64,000 nucleotides of DNA from Lama glama. Taxonomy: Eukaryota. The notes under the pieces were generated by a model that made no database searches, was not told the DNA's origin, and saw only the letters and a program-made list of their open reading frames with translations. The position numbers were made by a program, and so were the translations under genes. How positions within the stretch are numbered: position 1 is the stretch's first letter; each line of letters opens with the position of its first letter. Shown one piece after another: positions 62,170 to 64,000 of this stretch. Location: positions 70,558,001-70,622,000 of the forward strand of contig CM052817.1 in assembly GCA_028534125.1 (NCBI GenBank). The letters are read 5' to 3'.

Positions 62170-62440
62170 GCAGGGAAAACAGAGGCTTTCAGGTATAAGT
62201 TCCCCCGATGCCATGTCTCTCATCGATTCAAACCCATGTGGACCTCCTCACTACAGCAGAGGAAGAAGATGCTCTCTTTCCAGACAGGGCGAATGCATCC
62301 AGTCCACTCTGGAATTCATCTTCGCCTCCGCCCTCAGGGATCTATCTCAACCAATTATCCCTACATCTGCATCAGAACCGTCTGCTCTCGGCTAATTCCT
62401 TCCCCTTAGCACATAAACATGTTTAATCATTTCCTCACTT
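62170..62440 (+). mobile_element. Old L2 internal fragment
   Basis: gaggaagaagatgctctctttc...ccctcagggatct...tccttccccttagcacataaacatg. Confidence 0.5.
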
Positions 62441-63281
62441 GGGTAAATTGTTTGGGAAGTGAATGTCAATGCTAAGCAAAGGCAGAATTTGGAAATTGTA
62501 GTGATAGGAGATCTGAGAGTGAAGAAAAGACTTGGGTTTTATTAGTGTCTATGATTCCATTTTTCCAAGCGTCTCCAGAGTATTTCACTTCTGAAAATGT
62601 TGATGTTAGAAAGGAAACCATATAACCAAAAGTACATTAATTCAGTGTTTAGACTGAGAATGTGTATGTTCAATTCAAAAAGGTTTGTTTCCCATTATAA
62701 ACCTAACTGTCACTTGAAAAAATATTGTTCACTAAAACTGGACATTTCATTATATTGATGTATAACCCTGGAAAGAAATATTTCAGATGAAAATAAGAGC
62801 AAATTTTAAATCAAATGTTTTAACTAGAGACAAACATCTGGTATTTTTTAATTAGGTCTTTGTTGCATGATCAGAGTTAAGTCAGAGATTTAGAAAGACT
62901 ACTTATAACTCTGAAATCTGTGAAATTACATTAGTTGCATATTTTAACACTATATTTAATAAAAGTCAAGGGATGGCTATTAAAAAATTAATATACTATA
63001 TTTATCACTGTTAGAAAACTATTGCCATCTTTGCTAAACTCCAAAAATAAAAGCAAATTTTAAGATATAACTTTAATTTTGCATTGTGAATACATGTATT
63101 GTTCATAACTATGTTGCCAAGAATATAGCCTCCGCTACCAAAAATGTGCATATGCTCCTTTGATCTCACTGGCAGGAAAGATGGTAGCAAACCAAAGACA
63201 GTGTCAGCCATTACTAGGAAGGAACTGGGAAAAAAGTGATGTTGAACATAAGGCACAGACATACATTCGAGTTAAAGCACA

Positions 63282-63282
<1 letters not shown>

Positions 63283-63312
<30 letters not shown>
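63283..63312. repeat. (AC)15 microsatellite
   Basis: Read directly. Confidence 0.95.
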
Positions 63313-63314
<2 letters not shown>

Positions 63315-64000
63315 CCCAAAGGGCTATTTTACTAATCAACATTTTGCTTAAATGTATTTTCTTTTGAGTATCCACTGATTAATAATCCCATTATATATCT
63401 GTGACATTGCAGTCATTAGATTTAAGCTTACAAATGAAAGCTTCACGGATCAAAAATTGATTTTAAGGTTAGAGTTGTCACTACCAGTTGGTTAAGATAC
63501 CTACATTTGATTAGTTTTCAGTTTCTAGTACACATACAAATTTATAAAATAATGGGCAAATGCCACAGAACCATTCACTGATTTATCTAATCTTAATCGT
63601 GTATTCTCATCTTAATCTTATATTCTATCTTATCTTAATCCTTTATTCTCAGCCTGAATAGTGACTTGAATGAAGAATGTCATAAACTCATTATTCACTA
63701 GTCAAGCTAGTGCTTATTATTCTTAAAATTAAAATCAATTGTTCTTGTGTTCTAATATTCTAAAATAATTCTGTTATTGTTATCCCCATGCCTTCAAAAG
63801 TTTGAATCAAATAGTTTTTCCAAACAAAGAGTCAATCTTTTTAGTCCATTTTTATCAATCAATGAATTGTTCTTTCTTAGGTATTCTCTTGATGGGCACT
63901 TTTATATCTGCATATTCTTTGTATACAACCAATTAAGATGAGAATAATCTGGTCTCCTTTATTTTACGTAATCAATTCTTTGTATATGTCTTAGGACTGA

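Larger units (their letters stand above)
1..64000 (-). other. COL25A1: Internal portion of the collagen XXV alpha 1 (CLAC-P) gene; 13 coding exons and 12 complete introns in window; both gene ends lie outside
   Basis: Thirteen Gly-X-Y exons with splice signals concatenate in order and match the recalled human COL25A1 protein, including [11 protein letters not shown] and [16 protein letters not shown]. Confidence 0.96.

Noticed and set aside
60722..64000. Search for the preceding COL25A1 exon (recalled as GEPGKPGEQGLM) and for extra Gly-X-Y exons in the long introns
   Set aside because: None seen by eye; the preceding exon probably lies beyond the window, but very short exons could have been missed
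1..64000. CRISPR arrays, operons, nested intact genes or other novel multi-gene systems
   Set aside because: Eukaryotic intron-dominated locus; no repeat-spacer array, long ORF or processed pseudogene was recognised

Overview
AT-rich mammalian genomic DNA lying entirely inside one large minus-strand gene, COL25A1 (collagen XXV alpha 1 / CLAC-P). Thirteen short phase-0 coding exons were read by hand, in transcript order from 60719 down to 1877. They total 612 nt (204 aa) and splice into [204 protein letters not shown]. This is most of the COL2 triple-helical domain plus the start of NC3; neither end of the gene is in the window. The remainder is intron containing eutherian repeats (L1, L2, MIR, MLT1, MER21, Tigger/Charlie MITEs) and two tRNA-derived SINEs of the camelid Vic-1 type, which points to a camel/llama/alpaca genome. 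Family names and human/mouse comparisons are from memory, not database searches, and repeat boundaries are approximate. I found no convincing new multi-gene system. The best leads are a GRGDRGD motif at a helix imperfection, a GC-AG donor followed by a CA repeat, an inverted SINE pair bracketing three in-frame exons, a perfect intronic RFX X-box, two atypical acceptors, and several small retro/DNA insertion structures.
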